A stretch of DNA of 64,000 nt from Aureliella sp. GTDB taxonomy: Bacteria > Planctomycetota > Planctomycetia > Pirellulales > Pirellulaceae. How positions within the stretch are numbered: the first letter of the stretch is position 1; every line of letters starts with the position of its first letter. The notes under the pieces were generated by a model. It saw only the letters and a program-made list of their open reading frames with translations. It ran no database searches and was not told where the DNA came from. This document shows positions 17,396 to 27,285 of this stretch, one piece after another. The DNA is taken from the NCBI GenBank assembly GCA_963691875.1, contig OY829846.1:832001-896000 (forward strand), in the 5' to 3' direction. A program made the translations under genes and the position numbers.

Positions 17396-19669
17396 TCATT
17401 TAGACCTTGTGCCAAACATCGCGAGCAGGGCTGGCAGAAAGACGAGATCACAAAACAAAGCTGCTGCAACGGTGATCGCGCCCATGACGGCGAAGATATG
17501 GTGATCTCGTGAATCACTGAAAATCACCACACCAAAACCTGCGACCAAAACACTGGTGGTCATGATCAAAGCCGTTCCAACTCCGGTAAACGCACTTTGG
17601 ATCGCCGCAGTGTTGTCTTCGATCTCCTCAGTTGCATCCAAGTAACGTGTCATAAAGTGAATTGTATCGTCCACCGCGATTCCAAGGCAAACGGTGAAGT
17701 TGCAGACCATCACGATCTCCAAGTTGTAACCGGCAAAGAACAGATAAGCACCTGTAATCGCAAGCGGAAACAGATTCGGAATGATCGAGATAAATCCAAG
17801 TCTCAATGATTTGAAAACGAGCGTCAAAACTAGCCAAATGATGAGCGAAGCCGTACCCAAACTCAGGCCTAGGTCGACGACGATCTGATACAAATTGCGC
17901 CATCGCCAGGCGGCGCGTCCAGTCAATTCGAGGTCAAACTGTTCGTGCTGAGCCATAATGGCAGCCAACCCTGCTTCCACACGTTCAAACACAGGGCCGT
18001 ACGCGGCGATTCCAAGGTCTTGGACTCTGAAATTCACCGTCGTTCGACGTTGCTGCGGTGAATAGAAAGCACGCTTTAACTGCGGCGGCAAGAGCTCTAT
18101 CAGTGTCATCCTCTCTTCGAGCGGACCGCTGCCAGGCTGTGCTTCGAGCAAGTTTCGAATCGAGAGCGGGTGTCCTATCAAGTCTTCGCGACGCAACAAA
18201 TCGTCTACTTTGCTGACGACCTCCAAGATCTCGGCACTGCCCGCTTTAATCTCTCGTCCCCAGAAGATCCGGATTGACGAAAACTCAAGTCCGCCAAAAG
18301 CTCTGTCAACGTGATACAAAGCTTGAGTTGCCTCAGCACTCTCTGGTAACGCATCTGATTCGCGTTGATCTGGCCGCAGCTGCAAAGAGCAGATCACAAA
18401 AAGGATGGTCAATCCCACTCCGGTCCACCCCACCGCTCTGCGATTGTTCAACACAAAGTGAATGACTCCACCGATCCGACTTAGATTCCGATCGATCAAA
18501 CTCGTTTCTTGCCCTGCTTCGATTTTGTTCCCCAATGGCGAAGAACAAGCTAGCGGAATCACGGTCACCACCGCGATGAAGCACAGCAGAACGCCAATCA
18601 TGCTGCAAAAGCCAAACTGCTGAACCCATACAGAGTCAGCAAGCATCAACGAGCCAAACCCTATGGCCGTTGTCACTGACGTCAACAGGCAAGCCAATCC
18701 GACTTGTCGAAGTGCCTGCGAAGCGGCTTCTATTTTTTCGAGTCCTTGTGAGCGCAACTTGCGAATCTGCACCATTAGGTGCACTCCATCGGTTAATCCG
18801 ACCAAGCTGACTAGAATGGGCAGGATGACGTCAATGAGTGGATTGTTTTGGTAATCGAAGAACTGAATGAAACCAATCGTCCAAAAGACTCCAAGGATAG
18901 GTGCCAGCGCCACGATGACAACCGCACGCCAACCACGGAACAGAATGAGTGACATCAATAGAATCATTCCGTAACCGAACAGCTGATACTTGAGCTGGTT
19001 CTTTTCGTGCATTTCAATTGCGGCTAGTGCCGAAGGAACACGACCGGTCACTCGGACGCGAAAATCGACGTCAGGATGTCGCTTGAGAGCGTCAAGAGCA
19101 GTATCCCGCAGAAGAGTGGTGGCTTCCGTATTGTCGAAGACAAAGAAGTAGTCCAAGCTGACCATCATCAACATGGTCTCGCCATCATCACTGAGTAGTT
19201 GGCCACCAACCAACGGATACTCCGATGCTTTCTTCTGCGCCCGCTCAAACCGCAACTTCGAAGCCGTGGGTTTGGGGAGAAGTGGTTCAGGCAACCCAAA
19301 AATATTTAGCGGCGGTACTTCCCCCAGCCATAGCACATAGGCTACTTGTTCCAGAGACTGGAGATCATCGACAATTGCACGCAGCGCATCTGCGCCAGCC
19401 GGCGTGAAAAAGTTGTCTCCTTCAATGACCAGCACTGCATCGGAATTCGAGAGACTGATCGGGCTAACACTGGGTTCCGGATCCACGTCTTCACGTTGAG
19501 ACCTGGAGGGCCTTCCCGGCTCGCCGACATCTTGCCACAGATCTATCGTGATCCACTCGGGATGTGTGTAGCCAGAGACCGCAATACCGCTGAGCAGAAG
19601 AACAAACAGAAATGTGGGCAGACGGTGATGAACGCTGAGGCTAGCTAACCAATTGAAAAATTTACGCAT
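17396..19669 (-). CDS. MMPL/RND-family transporter
   Basis: Two repeats of 1+5 TM segments with GLTDGVH and GIAVDDTIH motifs. Likely start is ATG 19669 (MRKFFNW), 4 nt after the upstream stop. Confidence 0.88.
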   Translation of the reverse strand: MRKFFNWLASLSVHHRLPTFLFVLLLSGIAVSGYTHPEWITIDLWQDVGEPGRPSRSQREDVDPEPSVSPISLSNSDAVLVIEGDNFFTPAGADALRAIVDDLQSLEQVAYVLWLGEVPPLNIFGLPEPLLPKPTASKLRFERAQKKASEYPLVGGQLLSDDGETMLMMVSLDYFFVFDNTEATTLLRDTALDALKRHPDVDFRVRVTGRVPSALAAIEMHEKNQLKYQLFGYGMILLMSLILFRGWRAVVIVALAPILGVFWTIGFIQFFDYQNNPLIDVILPILVSLVGLTDGVHLMVQIRKLRSQGLEKIEAASQALRQVGLACLLTSVTTAIGFGSLMLADSVWVQQFGFCSMIGVLLCFIAVVTVIPLACSSPLGNKIEAGQETSLIDRNLSRIGGVIHFVLNNRRAVGWTGVGLTILFVICSLQLRPDQRESDALPESAEATQALYHVDRAFGGLEFSSIRIFWGREIKAGSAEILEVVSKVDDLLRREDLIGHPLSIRNLLEAQPGSGPLEERMTLIELLPPQLKRAFYSPQQRRTTVNFRVQDLGIAAYGPVFERVEAGLAAIMAQHEQFDLELTGRAAWRWRNLYQIVVDLGLSLGTASLIIWLVLTLVFKSLRLGFISIIPNLFPLAITGAYLFFAGYNLEIVMVCNFTVCLGIAVDDTIHFMTRYLDATEEIEDNTAAIQSAFTGVGTALIMTTSVLVAGFGVVIFSDSRDHHIFAVMGAITVAAALFCDLVFLPALLAMFGTRSK

Positions 19670-19673
19670 CCTG

Positions 19674-21701
19674 CTAGCGATACAGCCTTTCTGCAACCCG
19701 GCGAATCTCCTCTTCCGTCGCAACGCCATCTCGATTTCGATCAAAAAGACTGAAGTTGAAATGACGCACGAACGTAGAACCTTCGGACTTGTGAATTTGA
19801 CGATCGCCGTTTGCATCCAAAGAATCGAAAACACGCTTGATGTACGCGGCCACTTTTTTCTGATCTGCCTTATTCTCATCGTTCACCACGACAGAACGAT
19901 TGCTTCGCTTCCTGGGCGTGGAGACTTCGAAGAATGCCACGGCCATTTCTTCCCAGGTTTGATCGCCCCAGTACACCCACTCGTTGGCATCTGGATTGAA
20001 TGGGTTTGCCTCGGAATTATCAAACACGACGTCAAATCGGAGGCTTTCGATCTCCGACAGCGGAATTGGCTTCGTGAACTGATATGTATGCTGCCAATTA
20101 AAATCGTATAGTGGCACATTGAGCAACAGATCTTGAGCTGCGGGCACACCACGGGCCTCAGATTCAACGGCTGTCACCCCAGGGTCGTTCGCGGCCCCTG
20201 GACGCTGTCGCACCAAAGCACAAGCTTTCCCTCGATAGTGCATGTGTGGGGTCGCGGCTAGCAGCTCTCCTTCTTGGGGAAGCCAACGTGTTCGTGCGGC
20301 AACTCGGTGATCTGGCGCATTAGGCGGGATATCAAAATCTTGATTGATGGCGATCGCAGTATATACCGAGTGACTTACTTCTGATTCGTCGACGTACTTT
20401 AGACCGATCTTGGAAACATCGCCACGCGGCATTCCATTGGGCGTGTAGTGCATCTGAAAAACAAGTTTCGAGCCGGCCGGAATCTTACGGGCGCGCCCAG
20501 GCGGTAATTCTGCAGCGCGTTGCCCGGGCACGTAAGCAGCCAGCCACCCCACGCCTAGGAACTGTGTGCCATCAGGAGGGCGAATGAAAACGATCGCGTG
20601 GTGTACAACATCTCTCGCACCAGGAACAACTTGGGCGGAACTCACCCACCTGTCCTCTGTAAAGCCAGGATCTACAACGAAATACTGATATTCGACAACG
20701 CCATCTCTAGGGACCTCGTATGGATCGCGACGCATCTCGAAGACTTCCTCTGGTTGAAACTCCCAACCATCGTTGCGTGCCTCTAGTTTTGGCAAATCCT
20801 CTAAATTGCCCGACGGGCAGCCAGCATCGATCCAGTCCCGCAAAACCTGCTTATCCGTCTCTGGCATGTGCCGTGCATTCACGAACTTGTGCACTCCAGG
20901 CTCTGCATGCCAAGGCGGCATACGTTTGTCTTCAATCGTTTCAAGCATCGTGTCTGCCCAACCGACGACTTCATCGTATCGCTCCATCGAAAATGGACCG
21001 ATTTCGCCCAAGCGATGGCATTCGATACAATTGCGTCTCAGGACTCCGAAAACTTCCCTCGCAAAAGTGGGGGCACCTGCGATATCTGCACGCATTTCAC
21101 TTTTAATCTTTCCGATCAAACAGCCGAGAGCCTTGGTTTCCCGAATTGCCACCGGCTTTCCCTGCAGAAGTTCATCCAAAGCAATTCGCAGGTCCTCTCG
21201 CCGCGGCTTCGCACTGACTACGCCAGGTGCATACTGATCATCAATCCTTCCGTGATACCTCAGCTTCAACTCTTCGTCTAACAAAAAGGCTTCCGGAGTC
21301 CGTGTTGCGCCAAACTGGTTTGCAATGCTATTCTTCCGATCGATGGCCAACTCAAATTCGACAGACAAAGAATCGGCATAGGCTGCCACATCTTCGCTCG
21401 AGTCTTGGCGATTGCTCATAACGCCAATCACTCGAACGCCTTGATCCTTGTAGTTTCGCTGCAAACGATTCAGCACACTTGCATAGGACCGGGCCATTGG
21501 ACACTCCGTGCCAAGGAAACAAACGATCGTTGCCGCCTGATCCTTCCCTTCGAGCTCGACGTCTTTGCCTGTGTAGGAAGGCAACTTAAAAGCGAGTTGT
21601 TGCCCAAAGATTGGCGTGGCGAAATAGAGCGTTACCAGAAAAAGAAAGCATGAAAAACGGGGCTGCCTGAGACCACATCCCATCCATTGGCTATTCATCA
21701 T
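19674..21701 (-). CDS. Redoxin + cytochrome c + copper type II (PHM/DBH-like) monooxygenase + EF-hand multidomain protein
   Basis: FLGTECP…ATRTPE…YHGRIDD redoxin; CIECH heme-binding motif; VVHH, QMHY, PHMH and EEM copper ligands; YDFNWQ; two EF-hand-like loops. Start uncertain (21683-21740). Confidence 0.8.
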   Translation of the reverse strand: MMNSQWMGCGLRQPRFSCFLFLVTLYFATPIFGQQLAFKLPSYTGKDVELEGKDQAATIVCFLGTECPMARSYASVLNRLQRNYKDQGVRVIGVMSNRQDSSEDVAAYADSLSVEFELAIDRKNSIANQFGATRTPEAFLLDEELKLRYHGRIDDQYAPGVVSAKPRREDLRIALDELLQGKPVAIRETKALGCLIGKIKSEMRADIAGAPTFAREVFGVLRRNCIECHRLGEIGPFSMERYDEVVGWADTMLETIEDKRMPPWHAEPGVHKFVNARHMPETDKQVLRDWIDAGCPSGNLEDLPKLEARNDGWEFQPEEVFEMRRDPYEVPRDGVVEYQYFVVDPGFTEDRWVSSAQVVPGARDVVHHAIVFIRPPDGTQFLGVGWLAAYVPGQRAAELPPGRARKIPAGSKLVFQMHYTPNGMPRGDVSKIGLKYVDESEVSHSVYTAIAINQDFDIPPNAPDHRVAARTRWLPQEGELLAATPHMHYRGKACALVRQRPGAANDPGVTAVESEARGVPAAQDLLLNVPLYDFNWQHTYQFTKPIPLSEIESLRFDVVFDNSEANPFNPDANEWVYWGDQTWEEMAVAFFEVSTPRKRSNRSVVVNDENKADQKKVAAYIKRVFDSLDANGDRQIHKSEGSTFVRHFNFSLFDRNRDGVATEEEIRRVAERLYR

Positions 21702-22093
21702 GAACCTCCTATCGTGCATATTCGTGAAATCAAAACTCAATCAGTCGCCTTCCGCGAATCGATCTCCGACTCGTCGGGCCACCGTTAGTATTCTAGATCC
21801 TTGAGCAAGAGCTTTCGCCCCGGGCAGAGACAGCTTTGCCAAGGAATCCTAGAAAGGCCGCGTTAGGTTAGAAGGGTCGAACACGCCAAGTCATCCTGGA
21901 TTCGAAGAGCTTCGGAGCCTCAGACTCGGGCGAATCACCCTTTTTGCTGTTTTAACTGGCTTGAGACGCAACTTTATGCGCCATCCGAGTTTGCAAAGCC
22001 CATTTGGATGCCGATATACTGTATGTGCAGGATTGACTTTCCCGAAGTTTTCTCGCTCAATTCGCCAATATTAAACAGCGGCAGGAATCAACG

Positions 22094-23746
22094 ATGGATC
22101 ATATTCACCGTCAGACCAGAGTTGCCCGACGACGTCTTACCACGGAACGATTTCTGGGGTTTTTGCCTTGGACGATCTCGATTTCCTTAGTCGTTGCCCT
22201 TGTAGGGCTCGCATTGCCGAAAACGATGCACCTGGCGGTAGATCCTGTCGTCTGGTTCTCCAGTTGGGTCGGCGGTTGTGCAGTAGTGGCGATTATCACC
22301 AATTTTTGCCTGACCTTTGTCGGCCGGCCTTCGATGGCGAATGCTGCCGTCGAAATCGATCGTCGCTTCAAGATGCGAGAGCGACTCTCTAGCGCACTAG
22401 TCCTGACCAAAGAGGATCGCGAGACAGAGCTGGGCGAAGCTCTAGTGGCCGATGCGAATGCTAGAGCCGAGGAGCTGGATGTTCGAGATGCGTTTCAGTG
22501 GGGCTTTACCTCGCGTTTGTTGCTGCCTGTTTTGCCAGCTGCGCTGGCCGCGGCTCTGTGGTTTATTCCCAACATGCAAGCTCCTGAACCAGTGACAAAG
22601 AAAGAAGACCAAGCAAAAGTCACCCAAGTTAAGAATGCGACGAAGCCTCTCTTGAAGAAAATCAAAAAGATGCGTGAGGACGCGGAGAAACGCGACCTAA
22701 ACGCAGCGGTAGATTACTTCAAGAAGCTTGAAGGCGAGCTTGGCAAGCTGCAGAAGGATGCTGATTTGGACACGAAGCAGTCGATGGCCAAGCTCAACGA
22801 TATCAAGCAACAGTTGAAGGAAAGACGCGAAGAACTTGGCAGCTCAGACGAACTGCGCAAGAACCTTCAGAATCTAGAAAAGTTCGAAGCTGGCCCTGCA
22901 GAGAAACTTGCCAACGCTTTGAAGAATGGAGATTTCCAGAAAGCGGAAGAAGCTCTTCAGAAGATGCTTGAAAAGATGCAGAAAGGCGAAATGTCAAAGT
23001 CCGACATGGAGAAACTGCAGCAGCAACTCGACAAGTTGCAAAAAGCGATGTCGGATTCGGTCGCTAAGCAAGAGATGGCTAAGCAGCAACTGCAAGATCA
23101 GATCAAGCAGGCTCAACGGAACGGCGACATGCAGAAGGCCGCTCAACTTCAACGGAAGCTAGAGGAAATGCAGGCGGGCGAGTCGACGACGCAGCAAATG
23201 CAACAAATGGCCGGCATGCTTCAGCAAGCTCAGCAGGCAATGCAAGACGGCGACATGCAGCAAGCCTCTGAAGCGATGGAACAGATGGCAGCCCAGCTCC
23301 AGCAAATGAATCAGTCCAATTCCCAACTCAAGGATCTTAACGAATTGATGGACAGCCTCTCTCAGTCCAAGAGCCAAATGAACTGCAAGCAGTGCAATGG
23401 AAAGGGCTGTACCTCCTGTCAAATGGGGATGGGCCAAATGCCTAGCCAGCTGCAGATGCAAGGAAATGGTCTGGGTGAAGGTGCAGGCAGCGGCGATCGG
23501 CCTGAAGAAGAGAACGAGGTTGATTTCTTCGACTCGCAAGTGCGCGAAAAGATGCGACAGGGTGAAATCATCAAGACTGGCGATGTCTGGGGCCCAAATA
23601 AGAAGGGCGAAACTAGAGCTGAAGTTCAAGAAGCAGTTCTAAATTCATTCTCCGAAGAGCCCGAACCGCTAGACGAAACGCCATTGCCAAAGATGCAGCG
23701 TGAGCATGCTTCATCTTACTTCCATGCGATTCGCGAAGGTAAATAG
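22094..23746 (+). CDS. Membrane-anchored Gln/Met-rich coiled-coil protein (DUF4175-like architecture)
   Basis: N-terminal TMs with IDRRFKMRERLSSAL, long helical Q/K/E-rich region, CKQCNGKGCTSC and C-terminal LPKMQREHASSYF. Confidence 0.7.
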   Translation: MDHIHRQTRVARRRLTTERFLGFLPWTISISLVVALVGLALPKTMHLAVDPVVWFSSWVGGCAVVAIITNFCLTFVGRPSMANAAVEIDRRFKMRERLSSALVLTKEDRETELGEALVADANARAEELDVRDAFQWGFTSRLLLPVLPAALAAALWFIPNMQAPEPVTKKEDQAKVTQVKNATKPLLKKIKKMREDAEKRDLNAAVDYFKKLEGELGKLQKDADLDTKQSMAKLNDIKQQLKERREELGSSDELRKNLQNLEKFEAGPAEKLANALKNGDFQKAEEALQKMLEKMQKGEMSKSDMEKLQQQLDKLQKAMSDSVAKQEMAKQQLQDQIKQAQRNGDMQKAAQLQRKLEEMQAGESTTQQMQQMAGMLQQAQQAMQDGDMQQASEAMEQMAAQLQQMNQSNSQLKDLNELMDSLSQSKSQMNCKQCNGKGCTSCQMGMGQMPSQLQMQGNGLGEGAGSGDRPEEENEVDFFDSQVREKMRQGEIIKTGDVWGPNKKGETRAEVQEAVLNSFSEEPEPLDETPLPKMQREHASSYFHAIREGK

Positions 23747-23785
23747 CCTAGCGTTGTTCCTGCACCGATACAACGCTTAGCAATC

Positions 23786-23814
23786 AAAAGCGAGCTCTTT
23801 ACGAGTTCGCTTTT
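23786..23814 (+). terminator. Rho-independent terminator
   Basis: aaaagcgagctc-tttac-gagttcgctttt hairpin with T tract, about 40 nt after the stop at 23746. Confidence 0.75.
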
Positions 23815-23902
23815 CTCTTACCTAGGCGAAAACAACTGTCTCGTCGTCTGATCGGATTGCTTCGCGAAAGTCACGAATCTACCTCCAATATCTGGTTTAC
23901 CT

Positions 23903-24634
23903 ATGAGCAATAGTCCTTTCGAAACAGAGACGCAAATAGATGACAACTACGGAGACGGAGTACAACGAGTCTCTGTAAGACCTTTTCAGCTTTTAAGTGA
24001 AGGCTGGGTACTGGTACAGCCGCAATACTGGCTGATGCTAGGAGTTTTGCTCACCGCATCCTTTCTATCAGGTATCGTTCCGCTCGGGATCATTGCTGGG
24101 CCTCTGATGGTTGGGGTCTATTTTTGCTTCATCGACCTAGAGTCGGGTAAAGCTGTGCAGTTCAACCGGTTGTTCCAAGGGTTTGACAGGTTTACGGAGA
24201 GCTTTGTAGCTTTCCTTATTATGGTGGGTGCAACGCTCCTTGTTTACGCAGTTACCGCTGTAGTGTTTGTATTGGCCTTTGTCGTCGGTGCAACTGGTGG
24301 CGAAGAAGCGTTGCCAGCAGTTTTCATACTTGTGGCTGGTGGCGCATTGCTTCTGACCTTTCTTATGCTCTTCATCCACCTTCCCTTCCTGTTCTGCTTC
24401 CAGCTAATCGCGGATCGCGGTGTCGATGGTCTTGAATCGGTCAAGCTGAGCTTCAAGGGGGCGTGGCGAAACTCGCTGGGAATCCTTTGGTTTTCCATTG
24501 TAATTTGGTTCATTTCAGTCCTGAGCCTTCTCCTTTGCGGACTTCCAATGATCCTCATGATGCCCATCTTCGTCGGAGCTTTCTTCACGCTCTACCGGCA
24601 GATTTACGGCATACCCATGGCTGCTCCGATCTAG
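23903..24634 (+). CDS. Integral membrane protein (DUF975/BPSS1780-like)
   Basis: Multiple TMs; GPLMVG, LFQGFD and LIADRG…ESVKLS motifs. Confidence 0.7.
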   Translation: MSNSPFETETQIDDNYGDGVQRVSVRPFQLLSEGWVLVQPQYWLMLGVLLTASFLSGIVPLGIIAGPLMVGVYFCFIDLESGKAVQFNRLFQGFDRFTESFVAFLIMVGATLLVYAVTAVVFVLAFVVGATGGEEALPAVFILVAGGALLLTFLMLFIHLPFLFCFQLIADRGVDGLESVKLSFKGAWRNSLGILWFSIVIWFISVLSLLLCGLPMILMMPIFVGAFFTLYRQIYGIPMAAPI

Positions 24635-24722
24635 TCGGCGGAAGCAAATCTGGACATAGAATCAAAGCTGGCCCCGGCTTAAGGAACGTACCGTCGGACG
24701 CCCGGCTTTTCGACTAAGCTTG

Positions 24723-25493
24723 TTACCAGCTACCGAAGAGTCGAAATGCATTCGCCGTAGTTTGTTCGGCCAATAAGGACTTTGATACTCCGCGAAGTTC
24801 AGCTAGAAACTCGAGAGTGTGCGCGACAAATGCGGGATGATTTGGGCGTTTACCTCGATGCGGTGCAGGTGTCAAATAGGGACTATCGGTCTCGACAAGG
24901 ATTCGATCGTCGGGAATCTGCTCGGCGATCTCTTGAATTTCCTTCGCATTCTTAAAAGTCACCATCCCGGCGAAGCTGATGTACATACCAAGCTCAAGAC
25001 AGCCCTCCGCGACCGCTCGTGGCCCGGTAAAGGAATGCATGACTCCGTGTACTGGGCCATGGCCGGCTTCTTCAGTCAGGATCCCCAGCGTCTCTTCCGC
25101 GCACTCACGTGTGTGCACGACAACTGGCAGCGACGTTTCACGGCTCAATTGCAAGTGCCGTTTGAAATAGTCAACTTGTATCTCCCAGGGACAATCGTCC
25201 CAGTATTTGTCGAGTCCGGTCTCACCCAGCGCGACGACGCCTTCCTCGCTGCACAATCCAACGATCTTCTCCCAATCACCTTCCTTGACTTGACAACAGT
25301 TGTTGGGATGAATCCCCACGGCAGCTCTTAGTTCATCGTGTTTCGAAACCAGCTCGAGGCACTGTCGCGAATCTTCTAGTGTCGTCGCGATGACGATAAT
25401 CTTGCCAACCCCAGCTTCGCGCGCCTGCGTTAAGAACGGTTGGAGCTCAGTGAAATTCTCATCAGTCAAATGCGCGTGTGTATCAACGATCAT
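24723..25493 (-). CDS. tatD: TatD-family hydrolase (DNase)
   Basis: DTHAHL, VGIHP, LGETGLD, VVHTRE, VMHSFTG and VETDSPYL. Start ATG 25493. Confidence 0.93.
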   Translation of the reverse strand: MIVDTHAHLTDENFTELQPFLTQAREAGVGKIIVIATTLEDSRQCLELVSKHDELRAAVGIHPNNCCQVKEGDWEKIVGLCSEEGVVALGETGLDKYWDDCPWEIQVDYFKRHLQLSRETSLPVVVHTRECAEETLGILTEEAGHGPVHGVMHSFTGPRAVAEGCLELGMYISFAGMVTFKNAKEIQEIAEQIPDDRILVETDSPYLTPAPHRGKRPNHPAFVAHTLEFLAELRGVSKSLLAEQTTANAFRLFGSW

Positions 25494-25666
25494 ATTTGCT
25501 AATTCAGATTCAGGAAGACCAGTGCTATAGCGAACCGATACTGCTTCCATCCGCAGCCGAACAGCTTTTTAGGACGGATTAGCAAACGGACGGGATCTGC
25601 ATAAGCAGAACGCAAAGAACAGTCAAGAAATCGTACAACATGAGCATCGACAAGGCAGGAAGCCAG

Positions 25667-27169
25667 CTAGAACCTTCGATTCACTTGTACCATTGCCTCG
25701 GTGTCAAAGATACGATCATTCAGCAAAGGCACTGAGATGCCCATACGAACCGAGAAACCACTGTTAATCTGAGCATGCAGCCCGTTGGTTAGATTCAAAA
25801 TATTGCGAATAGGAATCTGATCAACAAAAACGTTCGGCGATCCGCCAATCGGGTCAACCAGAAAAGCGTCGTCCTCACCAAGTGCTGTCGCGAGATGCAA
25901 TTCTGATATCGCCGCCCAGCCAACAGCACTATCACTAGGCGTCACCAGCCAAACGCCACCTCCGATGTCAATCTGAAGCATCGGCGGGGGATTCACCTTA
26001 AACTCTTGCGTTGGCCCATTGTTCAAACTGGTGATCAGGCGATCGCCATTTGTCGCCATATCCAATTGAAAGAATGAGTTCACAAACCATATATCATCCA
26101 ACTGTCGCAAACAGCCTAGATAGGGTGTGATATGTACCGCACTCGGATCGAGAGTAAAACTCGCCGGACCGGAAGTTAAGCTCTTCGCACTCCAACTTGA
26201 TCCTGTTGGCGTTTCAACTCGAACCCCCGCAGCCACAACTCGACGGTCATTCGCAAAGAGAACGCGTTTGAAGATCACATCCAAATTCCCAAAACTACCT
26301 CCGGCGTAAGCTGTGCTGGTATCGGAAGGGTCAAGCGATCCAGCCATCGGCAAACGGAACTCCAGTGATGCCGCCCCATCCAGGAAAGTCTTCTCAAAAC
26401 CCAGCACAAAACGATCCAAACTCACATCATTTGCTGGAAGCTGGAACGCATTGTGCATGTGATGATACGAAAACCAGATTCGATCCTGAGGGAGCGCGAC
26501 ATTATTTTCTGAAACTCGCATACCGCCGAAAGAAACCGCCGTCGGCGTATCAACCCCAGGATCACTGTCGTTATTGTCATACGAATACCCAGGCGAGAAG
26601 TTGTCGAAGAGCAGCGAATAGCCGGGACTTCTGAAATCGCCAAACATCTCAGGTGTATCCAGGAGATTTCGGTGAACGGCAGAGCGAAAGTACGAGGTCC
26701 GACTGGTTCCTTGGCTCGCCCCCAAGGAAAGTGCGATGGGACTTGCGTAATAGCTGGAGCGGGAAAGCAGATTTAGGCTGTCATTTCCCAGGGACGCCAC
26801 ATTTGGCCCAGATCGCACTTCAGCACGAGATCTTCGGGCCTGCATTTGCGCCGTAGGCGATTGCTGCTGTTGATTCGCTTGCGGCGTCGCGGTAGACGGA
26901 GGCGCGGGCTGTGCGGCTGGGCGTTCCTGGTCGCCAGACTGCGCCGCTGGCCCGGTGGCCGCCTTCTCTTGGTTGGGTCGCGCAGTCAGAACCTGATCTG
27001 AAGGCGATGGTGCCAAGTCTTGGAGAACGAAACCGTCTTGCGCGACCGTCATCGCCGGAAAAATAATTGCGCAGATGAGCAGCAAACCACTAATTCGCAA
27101 CCAACTTTGCTTGCAAAAGACCGCCGAGCCTGACATACGCATCGTCCATGAAATGAGGTGGCAGGACAC
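25667..27169 (-). CDS. Planctomycete-type exported protein, probable outer-membrane beta-barrel
   Basis: Signal peptide, Q/P-rich linker, PEMFGD, ENNVALPQDR, GFEKTFLDG and terminal Phe. Start uncertain. Confidence 0.6.
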   Translation of the reverse strand: MSCHLISWTMRMSGSAVFCKQSWLRISGLLLICAIIFPAMTVAQDGFVLQDLAPSPSDQVLTARPNQEKAATGPAAQSGDQERPAAQPAPPSTATPQANQQQQSPTAQMQARRSRAEVRSGPNVASLGNDSLNLLSRSSYYASPIALSLGASQGTSRTSYFRSAVHRNLLDTPEMFGDFRSPGYSLLFDNFSPGYSYDNNDSDPGVDTPTAVSFGGMRVSENNVALPQDRIWFSYHHMHNAFQLPANDVSLDRFVLGFEKTFLDGAASLEFRLPMAGSLDPSDTSTAYAGGSFGNLDVIFKRVLFANDRRVVAAGVRVETPTGSSWSAKSLTSGPASFTLDPSAVHITPYLGCLRQLDDIWFVNSFFQLDMATNGDRLITSLNNGPTQEFKVNPPPMLQIDIGGGVWLVTPSDSAVGWAAISELHLATALGEDDAFLVDPIGGSPNVFVDQIPIRNILNLTNGLHAQINSGFSVRMGISVPLLNDRIFDTEAMVQVNRRF

Positions 27170-27285
27170 CCACTTTGTCCCACATTGTCATTCTCGTCAT
27201 TTCAAACGTACGCGTTGACCCTCATCGATCTTGCAACCCAAGAATAGCTAAAAGAAGTAGTTGGACGACTCTTAACAATACAGCA

